From positions 62,001-126,000 of the forward strand of contig NIVC01001392.1 of the NCBI GenBank assembly GCA_002269645.1: a stretch of DNA of 64,000 nt, written 5' to 3'. Position numbers and translations under genes: made by a program. Source of the stretch: Macrostomum lignano. Taxonomy: Eukaryota. Below the pieces are notes generated by a model. The model searched no databases. It was not told the DNA's origin and saw only the letters and a list, made by a program, of their open reading frames with translations. This document shows positions 58,701 through 64,000 of the stretch, piece after piece; within the stretch, counting starts at the first letter, position 1, and each line of letters opens with the position of its first letter.

Positions 58701-61700
58701 GCATCCCCCAGATAGCAAGCATCCCCAGACCGCAAGCAACCCCGGATGGCAAGCATTAACCTGGATACAAAGAGACCTTATAGATATCTAGCAGCCCCCT
58801 CTTAGATAGCAAGTACCCTCCACCCCCAAGAGCAAGCATCTCCCAATAGCAAGTTACCCCAGTAGCAAGCATCCTTCCGATAGCAAGCATCCCCTTGATA
58901 GCAAGTATCCATCCTTAAATAGCAAGCATCCACCAGAGAAAGTAGCTAGTGCAACAATTTCCTTAGATTTATAGTGGCTAAATTTTGTTTGGCATGAAAC
59001 TTCTTTTATGTTTGAAACGGTGTCTCTTTTATGTTTAAAAAGGTGGCTCTTTAATGTTGACATAGTGGCTCTTTTATGTTTACCATGGCGGCCCTTTTAC
59101 GTTTGAAATGTTGTCTCTGTTATGTTTAACATGATGGCTCTTCTATGTTTGACATGGTGTCTCTTCTTTGTTTGACATGGTGGCTTAGTTGTTTGACATG
59201 GTGGCTCTTTTATGTTTGACATGCAGTCACATATATGTTTGACATGATGGCGCTTTAATGTTTGACATGGAGTCACGTATATGTTTGACATGGTGGCTCT
59301 TTTATGTTTGGCATGGTGGCTCTTTTATGTTTAACATGGTGGCTCTTTAATGTTCGACATGGTGGCTCTTTAATGTTTGACATTGAGTCACGTAAATGTT
59401 TGACATGATGGCCCTTTTATATTTTACATGGTAGCTCTTTTATATTTTACATGGTGGCTCTTTATGTTTGACATGGTGTCTCTTCTATGTTTGACATGGT
59501 GGCTCTTTAATGTTCGCCATGGTGGCTCTTTTATGTTTGACATGGTGTCTCTTCTTTGTTTGACATGGTGGCTAAGTTGTTTGACATTTGGCTCTTTAAT
59601 GTTTGACATTGAGTCACGTATACGTTTGACATGATGGCGCTTTAATGTTTGACATGGAGTCACGTATATGTTTAAAATGGTGGCTCTTTTATGTTTGGCA
59701 TGGTGACTCTTTTATGTTTGACATGGTGGCTCTTTAATGTTCGACATGGTGGCTCTTTAACGTTTGACATTGAGTCACGTACACGTTTGACATGATGGCT
59801 CTTTATTATTTTACATGGTAGCTCTTTTGTATTTTACATGGTGGCTCTTTAATGTTCGACATGGTGGCTCTTTAATGTTTGACATGGTGGCTCCTTAAGG
59901 TTTGACATTAAGTCACGTATATGTGGCTGTTTTATGTTTGACATGATGGCTTTTGTAAATTTGACATGGTGGCTCTTTTATGTCTGACATGGTAGTTCTT
60001 TTATGTTTGACATAGTGGCTCTTTACTATTTGAGATTGAGTCACGTGTATGTTTCACATGGTGGCTCTTTTATGTTCGACATGGTGGCTCTTTAATGTTT
60101 GACGTGGTGGCTCTTTAATGTTTGACATGATGGCTCTTTAATGTTTGACATAGTGGCTCTTTAATGTTTGACGTGGTGGCTCTTTAATGTTTGACATGAT
60201 GGCTCTTTAATGTTTGACATAGTGGCTCTTTAATGTTCGACATGGTGGCTCTTTAATGTTTGACGTAGTGGCTCTTTAATTTTTGACATGGTGGCTCTTT
60301 AATGTTTGACATGGTGGCTCTTTAATGTTTGTCATGGTTGCTCTTTAATGTTTGACATGCTGGCTCTTTAATGTTCGACATGGTGGCTCTTTAATGTTCG
60401 ACATGGTTGCTCTTTTATGTTTGACATGGTGGCTCTTTAATGTTTGACTTGGTGGCTCTTTAATGTTCGAAATGGTGGCTCTTTAATGTTCGAAATGGTG
60501 GTTTTTTAATGTTTGACATAAAAACACCTATATGTTTGACATAAAGTCACTGATATGTTTGACATAAAGTCACTTTTACGTTTGACATAGTGGCTCTTTA
60601 AAGTTTGACATGGTGGCTCTTTAATATTCTACATGGTGGCTCTTTAATGTTCGACATGGTGGCTCTTTTATGTTTGACATGGTGGCTATTTAATGTTCGA
60701 AATAGTGGCTCTTTAGTGTTTGACACGGTGGCTTTTTAATGTTCGACATAGTGGCTCTTTAATATTCTACATTCTGGCTCTTTTATGTTCGATATGGTGA
60801 TTCTTTAATTTTCTTCATGGTGGCTCTTTAATATTCGAAATGGTGGCTCTTTCATGTTCGAAATGGTGGCTCTTTAATGTTCCACATGGTGGCTCTTTAA
60901 TGTTTGACATGCTAGCTCTTTAATGTTCGACATAGTGACTCTTTTACGTTTGACATGGTGGCACTTTAATGTTCGACGTGGTGGCTCTTTAATGTTAGAC
61001 ATGGTGGCTCTTTAATGTTAGACATGGTGGCTCTTTAATGTTCGACATGGTGGCTCTTTAATGTTCCACATGGTGGCTCTTCTATGTTTGACATGGTGGC
61101 TCTTCTATTTTTGACATGGTGGCTCTTTAATGTTCTACATGGTGGTTCTTTAATGTTCGACATGGTGGTTATTTAATGTTTGACATGGTGGCTCTTTAAT
61201 GTTTGACATGGTGGCTCTTTAATGTTCTACATGGTGGCCCTTTAATGTTCGACATGGTGGCTCTTTACTGTTAGACATGGTGGCTCTTTAATGTTCGATA
61301 TGGTGGCACTTTAATGTTTGACATCATGCCAGATTTATGTTTAACATGGTGACTCTTTAATGTTCTTCATGATGTAGCTCTTTTATGTTACACATGGTGG
61401 CACTTTAACGTTCGACATGGTGGCTCTTTAATGTTTGACATAAAGTCACATATATGTTTGACATGGTGGCTCTTTTATGTTCGACATGGTGGCTCTTTTA
61501 TGTTCGACATGGTGGCTCTTTAATGTTTGACATGGTGGCTCCTAATTGTTTGACATGGTGGCTCTTTAATGTTCAAAATGATAGCAAGATAGCAATGATA
61601 GCAAGCATCCCCTTGATAGCAAGTATCCATCCTTAAATAGCAAGCATCCACCAGAGAAAGTAGCTAGTGCAACAATTTCCTTAGATTTATAGTGGCTAAA

Positions 61701-64000
61701 TTTTGTTTGGCATGAAACTTCTTTTATGTTTGAAACGGTGTCTCTTTTATGTTTAAAAAGGTGGCTCTTTAATGTTGACATAGTGGCTCTTTTATGTTTA
61801 CCATGGCGGCCCTTTTACGTTTGAAATGTTGTCTCTGTTATGTTTAACATGATGGCTCTTCTATGTTTGACATGGTGTCTCTTCTTTGTTTGACATGGTG
61901 GCTTAGTTGTTTGACATGGTGGCTCTTTTATGTTTGACATGCAGTCACATATATGTTTGACATGATGGCGCTTTAATGTTTGACATGGAGTCACGTATAT
62001 GTTTGACATGGTGGCTCTTTTATGTTTGGCATGGTGGCTCTTTTATGTTTAACATGGTGGCTCTTTAATGTTCGACATGGTGGCTCTTTAATGTTTGACA
62101 TTGAGTCACGTAAATGTTTGACATGATGGCCCTTTTATATTTTACATGGTAGCTCTTTTATATTTTACATGGTGGCTCTTTATGTTTGACATGGTGTCTC
62201 TTCTATGTTTGACATGGTGGCTCTTTAATGTTCGCCATGGTGGCTCTTTTATGTTTGACATGGTGTCTCTTCTTTGTTTGACATGGTGGCTAAGTTGTTT
62301 GACATTTGGCTCTTTAATGTTTGACATTGAGTCACGTATACGTTTGACATGATGGCGCTTTAATGTTTGACATGGAGTCACGTATATGTTTAAAATGGTG
62401 GCTCTTTTATGTTTGGCATGGTGACTCTTTTATGTTTGACATGGTGGCTCTTTAATGTTCGACATGGTGGCTCTTTAATGTTTGACATTGAGTCACGTAC
62501 ACGTTTGACATGATGGCTCTTTTATATTTTACATGGTAGCTCTTTTGTATTTTACATGGTGGCTCTTTAATGTTCGACATGGTGGCTCTTTAATGTTTGA
62601 CATGGTGGCTCCTTAAGGTTTGACATTAAGTCACGTATATGTGGCTGTTTTATGTTTGACATGATGGCTTTTGTAAATTTGACATGGTGGCTCTTTTATG
62701 TCTGACATGGTAGTTCTTTTATGTTTGACATAGTGGCTCTTTACTATTTGAGATTGAGTCACGTGTATGTTTCACATGGTGGCTCTTTTATGTTCGACAT
62801 GGTGGCTCTTTAATGTTTGACGTGGTGGCTCTTTAATGTTTGACATGATGGCTCTTTAATGTTTGACATGGTGGCTCTTTAATGTTTGACGTGGTGGCTC
62901 TTTAATGTTTGACATGATGGCTCTTTAATGTTTGACATAGTGGCTCTTTAATGTTCGACATGGTGGCTCTTTAATGTTTGACGTAGTGGCTCTTTAATTT
63001 TTGACATGGTGGCTCTTTAATGTTTGACATGGTGGCTCTTTAATGTTTGTCATGGTTGCTCTTTAATGTTTGACATGCTGGCTCTTTAATGTTCGACATG
63101 GTGGCTCTTTAATGTTCGACATGGTTGCTCTTTTATGTTTGACATGGTGGCTCTTTAATGTTTGACTTGGTGGCTCTTTAATGTTCGAAATGGTGGCTCT
63201 TTAATGTTCGAAATGGTGGTTTTTTAATGTTTGACATAAAAACACCTATATGTTTGACATAAAGTCACTGATATGTTTGACATAAAGTCACTTTTACGTT
63301 TGACATAGTGGCTCTTTAAAGTTTGACATGGTGGCTCTTTAATATTCTACATGGTGGCTCTTTAATGTTCGACATGGTGGCTCTTTTATGTTTGACATGG
63401 TGGCTATTTAATGTTCGAAATAGTGGCTCTTTAGTGTTTGACACGGTGGCTTTTTAATGTTCGACATAGTGGCTCTTTAATATTCTACATTCTGGCTCTT
63501 TTATGTTCGATATGGTGATTCTTTAATTTTCTTCATGGTGGCTCTTTAATATTCGAAATGGTGGCTCTTTCATGTTCGAAATGGTGGCTCTTTAATGTTC
63601 CACATGGTGGCTCTTTAATGTTTGACATGCTAGCTCTTTAATGTTCGACATAGTGACTCTTTTACGTTTGACATGGTGGCACTTTAATGTTCGACGTGGT
63701 GGCTCTTTAATGTTAGACATGGTGGCTCTTTAATGTTAGACATGGTGGCTCTTTAATGTTCGACATGGTGGCTCTTTAATGTTAGAAATGGTGGCTCTTC
63801 TATGTTTGACATGGTGGCTCTTCTATTTTTGACATGGTGGCTCTTTAATGTTCTACATGGTGGTTCTTTAATGTTCGACATGGTGGTTATTTAATGTTTG
63901 ACATGGTGGCTCTTTAATGTTTGACATGGTGGCTCTTTAATGTTCTACATGGTGGCCCTTTAATGTTCGACATGGTGGCTCTTTACTGTTAGACATGGTG
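55741..64000. repeat. Higher-order satellite: ~21-bp monomer (ATGTTTGACATGGTGGCTCTTTA) plus an 18-bp GATAGCAAGCATCCCCCA block, duplicated at 2541-bp and 2718-bp periods; runs off window
   Basis: Near-identical ORF translations recur at offsets 2541 (56313/58854, 56556/59097) and 2718 (59097/61815, 59424/62142). 55741-58272 corresponds to 58282-60812, and 58879-61282 corresponds to 61597-64000. Confidence 0.97.

Noticed and set aside
56700-62800. Repeated AP-1-like TGAGTCA motifs in satellite variants
   Set aside because: They arise from one monomer variant multiplied by the duplications; no evidence of regulatory function.

Overview
Eukaryotic (invertebrate metazoan) genomic DNA. GC-rich coding islands, AT-rich introns, several intronless genes and very dense locus-specific minisatellites resemble the flatworm Macrostomum; that assignment is inference, not a database result. 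Five protein genes are supported. (1) An IRBIT/AHCYL-type adenosylhomocysteinase-like pseudoenzyme (9 exons, +, 3610-10749), with a GC-AG intron, a 1-nt frameshift in the assembled exon 2 and an intronic tRNA-Arg(UCU). (2) An intronless putative class I SAM-dependent methyltransferase with a 16x11-aa tandem-repeat tail (19195-20523). (3) An intronless DEG/ENaC channel subunit with altered HG and GAS pore motifs (24937-26934). (4) DNAJB13 (5 exons, -), with an RFX X-box upstream. (5) An intronless WAVE/SCAR (-). Mobile DNA comprises a full-length but decayed LOA/R1-group LINE with a 14-bp TSD that carries an inverted templated copy of its own 3' end plus flank, an RTE-like LINE fragment, four hAT-type MITEs with 8-bp direct flanks, and a mariner-like foldback element. 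Roughly a quarter of the window is tandem repeat, ending in a nested higher-order satellite (2541- and 2718-bp periods) that runs off the right edge. There are no prokaryotic features or CRISPR arrays. I found no clearly new multi-gene system. The best candidates for novelty are the orphan methyltransferase, the pore-variant DEG/ENaC, the extra-degenerate IRBIT and the recurrent templated-insertion junctions.
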